The position numbers and the translations under genes were made by a program. The notes beneath the pieces were generated by a model that saw only the letters and a list, made by a program, of their open reading frames with translations, did no database searches and had not been told where the DNA came from. A DNA stretch of 64,000 bases from Calcarisporiella thermophila CBS 279.70 (lineage: Eukaryota > Fungi > Calcarisporiellomycota): positions 167,149-231,148 of the forward strand of contig NW_027192206.1 of assembly GCF_041956535.1 (NCBI RefSeq), given 5' to 3'. This document shows positions 10,569 to 22,298 of this stretch, in pieces (positions within the stretch are counted from its first letter, which is position 1; each line of letters opens with the position of its first letter).

Positions 10569-11400
10569 ATGAAACGAATTTCAAACAAGACTCGTGCCAG
10601 CGTTATTCAGCTCGCAAAGGAGGGAAAATCTACTCGTCAAATTGGTAAAGCTCTGAGCATTCATTATTCTACGTCCGCCAAAATTATAAGGGAGGAAGCA
10701 GAGCGACGCCCTGAGCTCAAAAGACTGAGACAAAATAGTGGTCGCCCTCGCATTCTGGATGAGCGGGATGAGAGAAAAATAGCTATATTGATGAGGTCTG
10801 GTCAGTGCCAAAGCGCGACCGCTGTGAAAAGATACTTCAAAGAGGAATATAACAGAGAAGTGAGCCTCAGTGTCGTGAAGAGAGCGATGCAACGAGAAGA
10901 AGAACGTGCTGAGGCACAAGCAAAGAAGCCTCGGAAACCTGTTCGCCGCACAAAAACCTCATTCCGCCCGAGGAAGCCCTCTGAGATTAGAGGCGAGTAG
11001 TGGATTCTGATGGGAAATACTTGACGTTAATGAATACAAGCAGAAGGCGATACTATTACGAGAGCTATAAAGGGCCACTCCGTAGTAGATATAATCAACC
11101 TGGACTGAATAGGGGGTTAATGGTTTGATGGATTTTTTAGCTGCTCATGGCGTTGGACATATATTATGTATTGATGGAGGACTTACAGCTGCCATCTACT
11201 GCACCGTATTCACTGAAGACTGCAAAGGATATTGGGGAAATGTGGGTCCATTAAGTCGAAAGTATAATATTTCAGTAAGACGAGGGAACCCAAATCCACT
11301 GCCAATGGAATGGCAGCAGCATATCTCAATATATGCTCTTTTTCGGCCCTGCGGTCATGACAATTTTCTTAAATATATGGGTACCATATATCCCCAATAG
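10569..11400 (+). mobile_element. Tc1/mariner transposase relic: open N-terminal HTH DNA-binding ORF (10569-11000), degenerate DDE domain downstream
   Basis: The paired-like HTH region (GKSTRQIGKALSIHYST...SGRPRILDERDERKIAILMRSG...VSLSVVKRAM) is followed by broken catalytic-domain fragments (DSDGKY; AAHGVGHILCIDGGLTAAIYCTVFTED) with stops and frameshifts. No TIRs were recognised. Confidence 0.8.
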
Positions 11401-11607
11401 TAATGTAGATGTTGTAGTTTTCTACAATATACTCCCGCCATTCTCCTGCAGCAACGTATTGAAGTATTAATATTGTATGAAACAAAGAGAAATTTGTATC
11501 GAAGATATTGTTATTGCAAACCGCAAATTAGTAAGTTGGTCAATATATATTCAATTGTATATACCAGATATAACAGCAAAACAATTAAAATAAGAATAAG
11601 CTCTAAA

Positions 11608-12702
11608 TTAAAAAATAAACAGCAATAAAATAAAACCAAGAAACACGTTGAGACCGCTGGCCGTCACTTGCGGGTTCGAAGAGCTATGGGACTGTAGTAA
11701 TTTCCCTGCTATTGTAGCGGAGGGAAGTACGGTTTTCCCCATGACGGTAACTACTTCGGTGTATGGGCTATGGGGGTGGGACCCGCTGGTTGGTTCGCTT
11801 TCTTCACCATCTCCGCTTTCTTGCTCATTTGTCGGAAGAGGAGCCTCGTATTTATAATGGATGATGGTCGTCACATGAATAGGTATATCGAGGAAAACGC
11901 GTGGTCGTTCCGGGAATGGAGCAATAGACGGCCGAATAGGAGCCCCAGTGGAAGCAATTTCGGGTTCCGGGGAATCGGCTTCTTCGACTTCAGGGTGAAG
12001 TAAAGGGGTCGAGTCAGCGCGAAGGTTATTTAGCGTGTACGTTGGAACTGCGGGTGTCTGAGTAGGTCCAGAATTCGGCTGTTTGATGGCAATGGGATAA
12101 TAAGGTGGAACCCGCGTAGTAACAGGATAATTCGCGAGTGTGATTAAAATGGGCTTAAGGCTGGGGGTGCGGACCGGCGAGGGGAACGAATAGAGAGTGG
12201 GAGAGTCTATGGGGGTATTGGAAGCAATTTCGAGAGTCGAGGCAGAACTTGCGATCGTCTCTATATCCTGCTCCGGGGGAACGGAGAAGCGCGTTTCTTT
12301 GGCTTCCAGAACATTGATTGATGCTGTTGGTTGTTCCTGGAGGTCATCCATGCTATTGGTTTCGGTAGCTTTACTCTGGAGGGTAGTCGTGGCTAGAGGG
12401 TAAGTCATTTTGCTTGCGGTCTCCATCTCAGGTTGTCGTATGCTGTCCGGCTCTACGGATATGGGATGCTTGATGAAAAGGGCTAATGGAGCCGGAGTAG
12501 CAGCAACCACTATGTCATTAGAACGCGCCTCAACCATGGCCGTTTCCTCCACCGGTGGGTGATCCATGTGTTTCGCGGGAGCTTGCGTGGACTCTAGCTG
12601 AATAAGAGGGGGGACAAGGGCAAGATCATGGGTCACTGACCCCGCGTGCACCGAAACGAGAAAAAAGGTCCCCAAAACAATAGCACGGTAGGACACTGTC
12701 AT
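11608..12702 (-). CDS. Secreted Pro/Thr/Ser-rich, probably GPI-anchored surface protein
   Basis: Signal peptide (MTVSYRAIVLGTFFLVSVHA), low-complexity P/T/S/E body, and a small-residue omega region (SHSSSN) followed by a hydrophobic C-terminus (LNVFLGFILLLFIF). Confidence 0.8.
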   Translation of the reverse strand: MTVSYRAIVLGTFFLVSVHAGSVTHDLALVPPLIQLESTQAPAKHMDHPPVEETAMVEARSNDIVVAATPAPLALFIKHPISVEPDSIRQPEMETASKMTYPLATTTLQSKATETNSMDDLQEQPTASINVLEAKETRFSVPPEQDIETIASSASTLEIASNTPIDSPTLYSFPSPVRTPSLKPILITLANYPVTTRVPPYYPIAIKQPNSGPTQTPAVPTYTLNNLRADSTPLLHPEVEEADSPEPEIASTGAPIRPSIAPFPERPRVFLDIPIHVTTIIHYKYEAPLPTNEQESGDGEESEPTSGSHPHSPYTEVVTVMGKTVLPSATIAGKLLQSHSSSNPQVTASGLNVFLGFILLLFIF

Positions 12703-13365
12703 TCAACTTGGTGTTTACTTTAGCGTCTAAGTAAAAAAATATTGAGAAAGAAAAAAGTGTATAAAAGAACAAGGGGCGCATGGATGCGATATGCTTCCAT
12801 TTTAAACTAACTTCTATAGTGGAACTAATTAAGTCTCGATTGAAATTCGGTGGCAAATTTAGGATCGCAACCGATTGTATAACGATATCTTCAGCGTATA
12901 ACTGCTACAGGACACATTGAGATTCTTATACGGTTCTTGAACTAACTGAATTCCGTCCATTGCTGGATGTAAAAACCACATTTGTTTATAAACTCTACTT
13001 GACCCATGATGAGGGCTGCCCAACAATTCTCTGACATTCGATATTTGAGAATCTAAGGATTCTCTTAGATTCTCAATTTTCATTTTATATTCATGTGCGA
13101 AGACACTGAAGGGTCCATGCTTGCATTCAAGATGCTATAGCGTGAAAATGATTGGATTTCTCATGAAGATGGACAATGGAATGGGCTCAAGTAAAAGCGC
13201 TATTATATTCTACAAAGCTTTCGGAAATTGGTTTCTCTATTGAATTTGGCGGACTATTGATAAAGCAGTCCGTTTATTTTATTGAAAATCGCGTTTGATT
13301 CCCTCTAGAGTACACTTTATAACGCCTTTCATTCTCCCCCCCCCCTTTTTTTTTCTTTTAGAACC

Positions 13366-16300
13366 ATGCAATACACCTATGACGAACATGGCACAACCTT
13401 CAACTACTTTCTCTTAACTATCCTCTCCATTGTCTTATTCCCATCGACCATCTCTCTTCTTGTCAAAAAGAAAGGTTTAAAATCTCAACGCGTGAATAAA
13501 GTGCCGCTGCATGGCCTCTGACTGTTCGTTTATTTAGATAATCTAAAGGAAGCAAATTGTGTGTGTGAACCGTGCCGGAACAAACGCACTCTCCAGGCCC
13601 GTCTAAAGAAAAAGTCTCTGCCAATCAACGCAAAGTAAAAACAAAAACATGGACTCTTTACACATCGATTCAATAACGCGTTGTATTTCCATGTAGATTA
13701 TTACTCTTGACTCTTGGCTGGATATTTTTTGCGTTTATAGCATATCGCACCTCCCTCACTAAGATTGAAAACAAGCAATGGAACCCTTATGAAATTCTTG
13801 GTGTGTCGGAGGTAGGACTAATTATGACCACCCCAAAAATTGAAAAAAGATCATATTGACGAGAATATTGCATTAGAGCACAAATCCAGCCGCTATCAAG
13901 AAAGCATACCGAAAGCTTAGCTTACGCTTTCATCCCGACAAGATTCAGGCATCGAGTGAGAAAGAAAAATTAGCAGCCGAAGCCAAGTTTGTCGATATAA
14001 CCAAAGCATATAAAGCGTAAGTTTTCGAAGAACAGAAAAGAGGTTCTGTTTGGTTGACCGGTTAAGTTATTTCAGGCTAACGGATGAAGAGGCAAGGAAG
14101 AATTTCGAAGAATTTGGACATCCTGATGGGAGACAGGGTATGGTTCGCTTATGATCCTTCCCCGCACATGTGGTTGAACATTAATCTATTTTTGGTTCAT
14201 ATAGCATTTACGGTTGGCATCGCACTACCAAGCTGGATTGTGAGGGCTAACAATCAACCCATCGTCATCGGAGTCTATGGGCTCGTCTTTGGTTTGATCC
14301 TTCCAATCTTTGTGGTAACTTTATTAACTGAGATAAGAATCTTTGACTTCCTTTATAATCAACTCTATCCATCTGCAGGGCCGTTGGTGGTATGGGTCGC
14401 TTAGCTATGGAAAGAACAAGATCCTAAACACGACGATGGGACTATATTTTCAGGAGATCAAGAGAAGTACGAATCTTAAGTGTAAGTCACATTATAATAT
14501 TGGCCCATTTGTCTCGTGCTAAACCAGACTCTACTGGCTTGGCCTTTTTGAATTAGCTCTCTTGGATGTTCTCTCGGCATCTATAGAATTCAAGGAGCTA
14601 ATAGAGCCAAGGCCGTCCGATAACCATCATATACCTGTGTTGATGCGCGAGATTAAAGATGAAGTGGAGTTCCGGGGCGAGAAATTTGAAAAGAGCAAGC
14701 GGGTAAGCATTTCTTCCAAGAGGTATTTGTGAGCTTAGTTAATATTCCATTCAACATCTTTTAGTATACCGCACCTTATTGCCAAAAGGCTATCACACTT
14801 ATCTATGCGCACCTTTTACGAATAGAAATATCCAACGTTGAGTTGGCACGAGGTAATTATTTTCTAAAAGTTGTACTAGTAGAAAACGAAAAAACAGTAT
14901 TAATGACGGGCTCAAAATAAACAAAGACCAAGTGACGATCGTTGAGAAATCCTTGCACCAATTGCTTGGTATGCTACAAGCTGCGGCAGCCCAGGGCTGG
15001 TTTACCACGACTGCGCAGTGCATTGAGCTTTCCCAATTGGTAGTGCAAGCCATGCATCCCGCCGACTCGCCTCTGTTGCAGCTACCCCACCTGACGCCCG
15101 ACATGTTGCGCCCTACGAAACATCGAAAACGGCCTCCGCGGACCATTAGTCAGTTAGCGACGATGAACGAGGCTGAAAGATCAGGGTTGCTTTTGGATTT
15201 GAGCAATACTGAGCGCGAGGAGGTGACGTGGGTGATGCAACAGATGTGGGCCATTGAAGTTTCTAAGGCCACTTTTAAGGGTAATTGGACTCCTATACTC
15301 TTTTCAACTGTGCTCTCTAACCCATTCTGGCCTCACTTTTAATCGTCCTTTAGTTGCCGGCGAGACCGTGATCACTCCCAATTCGATGGTGACCCTTATC
15401 CTCAGATTGAACACCGTTAATCCCTATGACCATCATGCCGTTCCTCCTAAACCGAGCCCCGATTCTAAATCTTCTCCTCAAAAACCCTCTTCCCGCTCTA
15501 CCAAGGAAACTTCCCCTCCATCACCCAAGACTACACCCAAATTGTCGGACTCTACTCCAGCCACAGAAGATGCGACCGTTCCGGAAAGTGATGCAACTAC
15601 GCCTCCTGCAAGCCAGGGCGATCAAGAGGTTAATGTTCCAGAAGTGAAGTCCGAGGACCCGCTGAGAAAGGAAACGCCACATGGAGAAGAAAAAGATGCA
15701 TTAATAGAAACTCAAATCCGCAAAGAAGAAGCAAAGAAGGTTGAGCAAGAAAAAGTGGACGCAGCAAAAGAAGAGGAAGCGGAAGAGGATGCCGTCGATA
15801 CGGTGGACCTTTTGCTTGCGGGGAAGAAGAGCGAAGAGATGGATCCGCCCTCGGAGCCGGTGGAGGCAGTTCATGCTCCATATTTCCCTGGTGTGAAAAA
15901 GCCATACTGGTGGGTTCTGCTTGGTGATGCAAAGAACGACCAGCTGGTTGCTCCGCCGATGAAATTCACGGATATTGGGCCTACTCCGCGCACAGTGCGC
16001 TTGCAATTCCAGGCACCTCCGCGGGCGGGCACTTTTGCACTCACATTGCTCGTGAAGAGTGACTGCGTGGTGGGTGCCGACGTGAAAAAAGAGCTCAAGG
16101 TACGAGTGTGATGTCTTAGAAAATTCCATTTTGATATCATCTCATTCTTTGCGGTTGCATTAGCTCCAAGTCGAGAACCCATCCGCTCTACCACAGGACG
16201 CCGAGGTTGAGGATGACATTTCAGAGCCGGAGGAGGATTCCATTGCTGGTCAGATGAAGCTGATTCGGGAACAAGGGTTCTTGACAGCTGCATTGGGAGG

Positions 16301-16421
16301 ATCTACAGCTACACCACACAAAGAGAAGGAGGGTGAGGGCGAGGACTCTGAAGACGAACACGAAGAAGGCGACGCTATTGTCCCGGATATTGGGGAGGGG
16401 AGTGAGAGTGATGAAGACTGA
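13366..16421 (+). CDS. SEC63: Sec63 translocon J-domain protein (multi-exon)
   Basis: MQYTYDEHGTTFNYFLLT N-terminus, J domain (WNPYEILGV, IKKAYRKLSLRFHPDK), FTVGIALPSWIV, Brl region (SPLLQLPH), VHAPYFPGVKKPYWW, FQAPP and an acidic tail. Confidence 0.95.
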
Positions 16422-16640
16422 AAATCCCTTTTACTTATATTTGCTCTGGATCTTTTTTTGTTGATTCACTAATTTCCTTGACGAAGCCCACCTCTCGATC
16501 TCTTTTCCCTATCTATCTCAATATATAGTCGACCTTTTATTACAGTTGAGTGAGATATATTGCCAGGATTATTTAAAAAACAATGCTCGGAAGTAATATG
16601 AAAAAAAAAACTAAGTACAAAAGTAATAAGCAAGAGGACT

Positions 16641-19600
16641 TTACGAGGTAGTGGTGACTCTAGGCATATCGGCCATGCGCCGTGCATAGTGGCGGTTGAA
16701 ATCTAGCCGCATAATAAGCCGAAGGTACTGCTCGGTCGCCGTGGAGGCATAGTACTCTAGGCTTGAGAGCAGAATGTTCATGTGGTGGAGGAAGTTTTCC
16801 TCGAAGCGCTTGAGGAACTTGGAGTGCGAGATGATGGCCTGCTTTAGTTCGGTAGGGGTCATATTGGCGGCATTGGCGTCAAGTGTGGCCGCGGAGCGCG
16901 TAAAGCGTTCTAAAAGGGTAGTGAAAATGGTACAAGACAGCATCATCTTTTGAAAAGCCTAGGGCCAAGTAAAGGAAGAATTAATTTGAATCGAATGCAA
17001 ATCGGGTGTGTTTGAACAGGAGATGATTTACCCGAACCACCTTGGGGGTTGTGATGATGCAGCCCTTTAAGCAAGTATCCAGGAAATCCAAGTGCAGGGC
17101 TATCAGATCATCCACCGTTGAAATCTGGTCCAAAAATAGCAAATTATAGATTATCCGGGGGAAAGAGAGAGATCATAGACTAAAAATTAGGACTAACATT
17201 GGCTAAAGAGTCCTCGAGCTCTCTCCACTTGGGCTCCAGGACATCCGATGTGACATAGTAGGCCACCTGCTGTACAAAGGTCAGCATCTGAGTGCGCATC
17301 GAGAAAATGCGTGTCTTCCACATGTCCACCTCGGGGACCGAGCTGCGTCTCCACACGGGCGTCTTGAGGTGCTCGAGCCAGGTATTACTTAGCAATTGCT
17401 CGACATGCCGCAGGTGCAACAGGAACCGGAAGATGAGCTGGTATTTTGCTCGAGCTTTTCGAGAGATGATCAGGGAGAGAGGGAAGCGCACGTTGTAATC
17501 CAGGGTCAACATATCGATACCTATCCATATCCACATCGCATTGGTATAGTTTCACCCCCCTTAAACCGCAAAAATCATTCTACAATGCGGGAAAAACAAG
17601 GAATTACCTGTCTGAATATCCTTGACACCTCCCTTCCCCATAATAGTGCTTATTCCACTCATTCGGCTCTCCCGCCCATCCTCTGCGGAAGCTTCACCGG
17701 CCAGTTCTCCGCCTTCCGGTTTCAGGAATGGCAATGTCGAATAGGGGATGCCCCCACTTCCCCCCACCACGTTCGCCATCGACCCTAGGAAAAACTCAGG
17801 CTTCCCCTCCATCGTCATCACGAATTGGAGTTGATCAAAGAGGGTGTAAGAGCTGATTTCGGCTCGCACGTCCTCCTTGAACGGGTCGTCTGCCGTTACT
17901 GAGGCGGGGTTACGCAGGGCGAGATCCATAAGTGACTCGAGCTTGGTGGCGGAGACATCTTTGGCCGGCTTCTTCAATTCATCGGCCGCGGCATCCAAGA
18001 AGTGGGTCAGGAAATCGGATTGATCAAGGAAGAAATAGCGCTTGAGCGATCTTGACACCAATAAAGAGGTGAATTCAATACTGAAATCGGGTAGGGATAA
18101 GCGCTAGGGACACGTACCTTAATCGGGCGAGCAACTGCTGGTCCTTCCACAAGAATTCCAATAGGGTTCGATTTGCATCCTTGTAAGCCGTCTCTACGCA
18201 ATCTGAAACCCTATAATATTGAGAATAAAACAAAAATCGAATAATCATTTCCGTAAATTGCCTATGGAGCAAATATCCAAAAAAAATTAAAACTAGTCAC
18301 TAACCTTAACTGATCTGCAGTCGTCCAAAGCTGGAGTTGACTGTCTTGATCTGGGTCAGCATTTTTTTCACGCAATTCACCGCCGCTTGATTTACCATTG
18401 AGCGAATACACCCGCTTCTCGGACACCCGAATCCCGCACTCGCGGATGACATTCAGATATTTACCGGCCAAGAGCACCTTGTCTTGCACCGGCTGGAGAT
18501 AGAGAGGCACTACATGCTCACGCAATGTGTACCGGTTCTCCCAGTAAAGATCATTGTAGTCTTCGGAGATGTTCTCTTTTCGCACATGCTTACGCTCCTC
18601 AATCATAAACTCATTGTAGGGGTCGTCAATTTCCCCGCGATAAATCCACGCTTCGACCATGGTATTATAGGGTTGAATGGCCACATTGAGTAAATATCCA
18701 TATATTTTCTTGGCCACAGTATCCCTATCATGGTGTGGCATTCTTGATGAGTCTACAAATAAAGAAAAAAACGAAATTAGAAAGCTTACCCGCTATGCTC
18801 CTTCATTCTGTCGAATAATAAATTGAGAATAGAGCCTCCCTTGCCGGTCAGGGGTATTAAATCCTTCTTGGTGTTGTGCATAGCCGCTATCAAATCATCC
18901 TCCTCCTGGGATTGTGGCTGAGCTTGGAGCGCGAGCGCTTTTGCCAATGAGGAGAGTACGGACATGGTGTGCAGAGTAGAATGGATGTAGAACCAGAATT
19001 TTTGCAGGGAAAACTCGGGCGAGGAGCGGAATTGATGCTCTAGCTGGGCAATAAGCGTCATATAACCCTGAAACTCCTGATTGCCCTGGTGACCGTAAAA
19101 AAAATGCATCAACCTCGATAGAGGGTCCATCGCCACAAGAGAAAACACTCATAACACCCACCTCCAACAGGTCCCGCATGCCAGAGCATATTGCATGGTT
19201 GACCAACCCATAGTGAAAATTAGAGTATCTTTCTACATATGACTTCACTGTGTGATAGTAGGTGGCCAGTGGGAGTATTCTCTGGATCAGATCGGCAATG
19301 GAGGGATCTAATGCAAATGAATTCACGAAAGCATCGAGTTAATCAACTTGAGGATCTAAAAGAGATGCTCCAAGACAAATACCAAGAGTTTTGTCCACCT
19401 CGAACTCGATGATGTCGTCCAAGCTCTCCGAAGCATCATCAAAATTGATTACTTTAATATAGGTTCCACTGATGCCCTAGGGGAAATGAAGAAGGTAAAC
19501 GAATGCAAGACTGTGAGGCGATCCTGGGGATCTCATTCGATCAAGCAATGCTACATACGAGAAGGACATATAATAAATCCTCAATTATGGAGTACTCCTG

Positions 19601-20172
19601 GATATGGGATGGAAACTCTCCAATTGACATTTCTGTTGGCTCTTCCTTTACACGACCTTTCATTTTTTTTTTACGCGACGCGATTTTAGCAAAGGGGCAT
19701 AAGCCACCCAATCTGATATTTTATGATTGAAATCTCATTAGACTTGTAGACACTCTCTTCTCGGCCACCCTATCCTCATGGAGCTGGAGTATATTGGCCA
19801 AACTTCTTAGAAGCTGCGTCGAAATGCTACGAAAGGCTTCATAGAGTAAGAACACGCCATACACACTCGGGGGAGAACAATAAACCCGTTGTTTTGCCCC
19901 CCTTAATCCCTCTCTAACCCAACGAAACATGGCACGCCGATAACCGCCAGGGAAGGGATGTTCAGCTGAGTCATTAAGTAACGTCAACGATCCAGCGCAA
20001 TCCCATGATCGATTTTGATGTATGCAGGCTGTATTGTCATCGATTTTATCCGGTCTTCTTTAAGCGCCAATTCAACCAATGCAGCGGATCCGACTTGGGC
20101 CTCTTCATTAATATCCACGAAAGCTTTCTAACTGGCGCCACACAACCATCCCGTCCACTGGGCGGTGGCCAT
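16641..20172 (-). CDS. SPC97: Gamma-tubulin complex component 2 (Spc97/GCP2 family); 5' end uncertain
   Basis: QEYSIIEDLLYVLLGISGTYI, YGLVNHAIC, SLQKFWFY, GEIDDPYNEFMI, YWENRYTLR, VLLAGKYLNVIRECG, RSLKRYFFLDQSDFLTHFLD and LDYNVRFPLSLIISRK. Homology is secure from ~19660 to the stop; exons above that are tentative. Confidence 0.88.
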
Positions 20173-20879
20173 GGGTTATGAGTCTAGGGCCGCCAATCTA
20201 GCCCTTGTGGGACTTGGCTTTTGGCACACGAGCAGAGCGTTTCGGCCAGCAAGCCCCGCGGCTTCATTTGCACTGTGAAGCAAGCGGGAAGCGGGGATTC
20301 CGCCCTAGCAATGAGCCCGTAGCCTATGACTAAAGACGTTGAAATTAATATTGCTCAAATTAAACAATGATTGAAAAGGGGCCAAGCTTGGGCTCAGCCC
20401 ACGGCCTGCTAACAAAGGGAAAAACAAATGCCCCCTTTTTTCATTTCACAGGATTCAGCATCCGCCGCGCTGATTGAGGGCGCGTCCCGATCTCTTCAAC
20501 TCTAAACCATATGCCTAGCGGGGATGCGAAAAAACTTGGGGTTGGAGCTCATCAAAAGAGGAGGGCACAAAAGCTTACTCATCCTGCGCAGGACGTGGCA
20601 CGATTCTCTCCGGCTGCGCTACAAACAACGCCACAAAGGCTATGCAGCGCGTCACAGACGGCCCAGCGGGGGGCCATGACGCGACCGCAGGCGCAACAGA
20701 AGCGAGCAGCGAGCAATGAGATAAATGGCGCATGCCGAGACAATTGCTTAAGGTTGGGACCTTGCTGATCTCGCAGCTGCTTGCTTGCGAATTCTCTTTT
20801 TCTCGTTTCCATATGCCCCAGCACGCATTGCATCGGGCTTTTTTTTTCCTCTCTCTCTCTCTCTCTCCTCAGCCCCAGA

Positions 20880-22059
20880 CGCTGCAGGCCCATTGGGCTG
20901 CGTATGAAGATTACGGTTCCATGACCCAGTCCGGGCCTACCATGCTTCCGGGCTCTGGGGAAAAGCACCGGTCGGCTGCGGATCGGGCCAAAGTTCCTGG
21001 CCGTGGAGGCGGGCGAGGCCTAGGAGGGAGGGGAGTGGCGAGGGGCCGGAACGGCGAGAGGGGGAAAATAGACGGTAGGAGACGCTCATTCGCAAACCTC
21101 GTTTCATCCATGCAGGAGGGGAGAATGCGGAGGAGCCCATCCAGGAGGCCGACAAAGATGGTTAAGCTGTAGGTTCGAAACAAGGTTTGGGCGGGATCAT
21201 TGGCCGGGGCAGGAGGGGGAATAACAGCGTGCACGCAACTCTAAATGCTAACGGGCGATATAACGGAGTGGAGGAAAGTGGCAGCTGTCCCTAGGAGCTT
21301 GCGTCCGCAACCTTAATCCTTATCTTGCTCTCGCAAGGAGCCCTAGTCCGAATTGCATTCTCGTCCTGCCCTCGCAATGGCCGCGCCTTGTGCCCATCCC
21401 CCGGTATGGCCCCGCTTCCACGCAATGCATTGCATTGCCATCCTCTAACCCCTCCTCCCCCCTCCCCCTCTTCATTACCGCAGCTGACTTTCAGTGCCGT
21501 CATTCTTTTCCATGACCAATCCCAATCTCGGCCCGGTGATGACGATGGGGTTGGCAATCCTGCGGCCCATTTCCGCCAGAATTACAAGATGTACGTCGAG
21601 TCGCTGCTAGAGAATAACGGCCGCTACTGGGAGACGGTTATCCAGGGGACTCGCCTGTACGAGACAAAGCTGCAAACGCGCCACCGCCGACATCTCAGCC
21701 ATGGAGCGCGGAGCGCTGGAGATGTGCTGGGAGACGAAGAGAGCCACAGCAACCGCGCGAGCATTGGGTCCGACTCCGCGTACGGCGGCTCCGCGTCGCC
21801 CCCCGAATGCCCCGCCTCCGAGAGGGAGAGCAAGCACCTCTGGGGCATGCGAACGGTGCGGGGCAACCTGCCGAAGGCTAGCACGCACATCCTCCGCAGC
21901 TGGCTCAACGAGCATCGCGCCCATCCCTATCCCACGGAACAGGAGAAGCGCGAGCTTGCCCGCCGTGCTCACCTAACGCTCACGCAGGTGTGCAACTGGA
22001 TGATCAATGCACGGCGGAGATATCTGTTGAGAAATAAGGAGAAGAGCCACAGCTCTTAA
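20880..22059 (+). CDS. TALE-class homeodomain transcription factor (TGIF/Cup9/Tos8-like); 5' exons uncertain
   Basis: [56 protein letters not shown] at ~21860-22030. Probable exons are ~20879-21160 and 21484-22059; the start codon was not established. Confidence 0.85.
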
Positions 22060-22298
22060 ACCCTCTACTGACAATGTATCTATGTGAAATCATCCTGTAT
22101 TTTGTTCGTTTTTCATTTTCTTCCAGCTCTTCTTCCTCCTCCTCCTCCTCCTCCTCCCCCTCTTTCTCCCCTTCTCCCCTCACCCCCCACTAGCGTTCAT
22201 ATTGTTTTCTTCTGTATAAATAAATAAGCAGTCACGAATCTGGAGTGAATAAACATGGTCAATTTTTGGCACGTCGGCCCTGAAAATAGACGGAGAAC

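Noticed and set aside
21860-22030. Mating-type homeodomain locus
   Set aside because: The [12 protein letters not shown] signature fits ordinary TGIF/Cup9-like TALE factors. There is no divergently transcribed HD partner; the divergent neighbour is GCP2.
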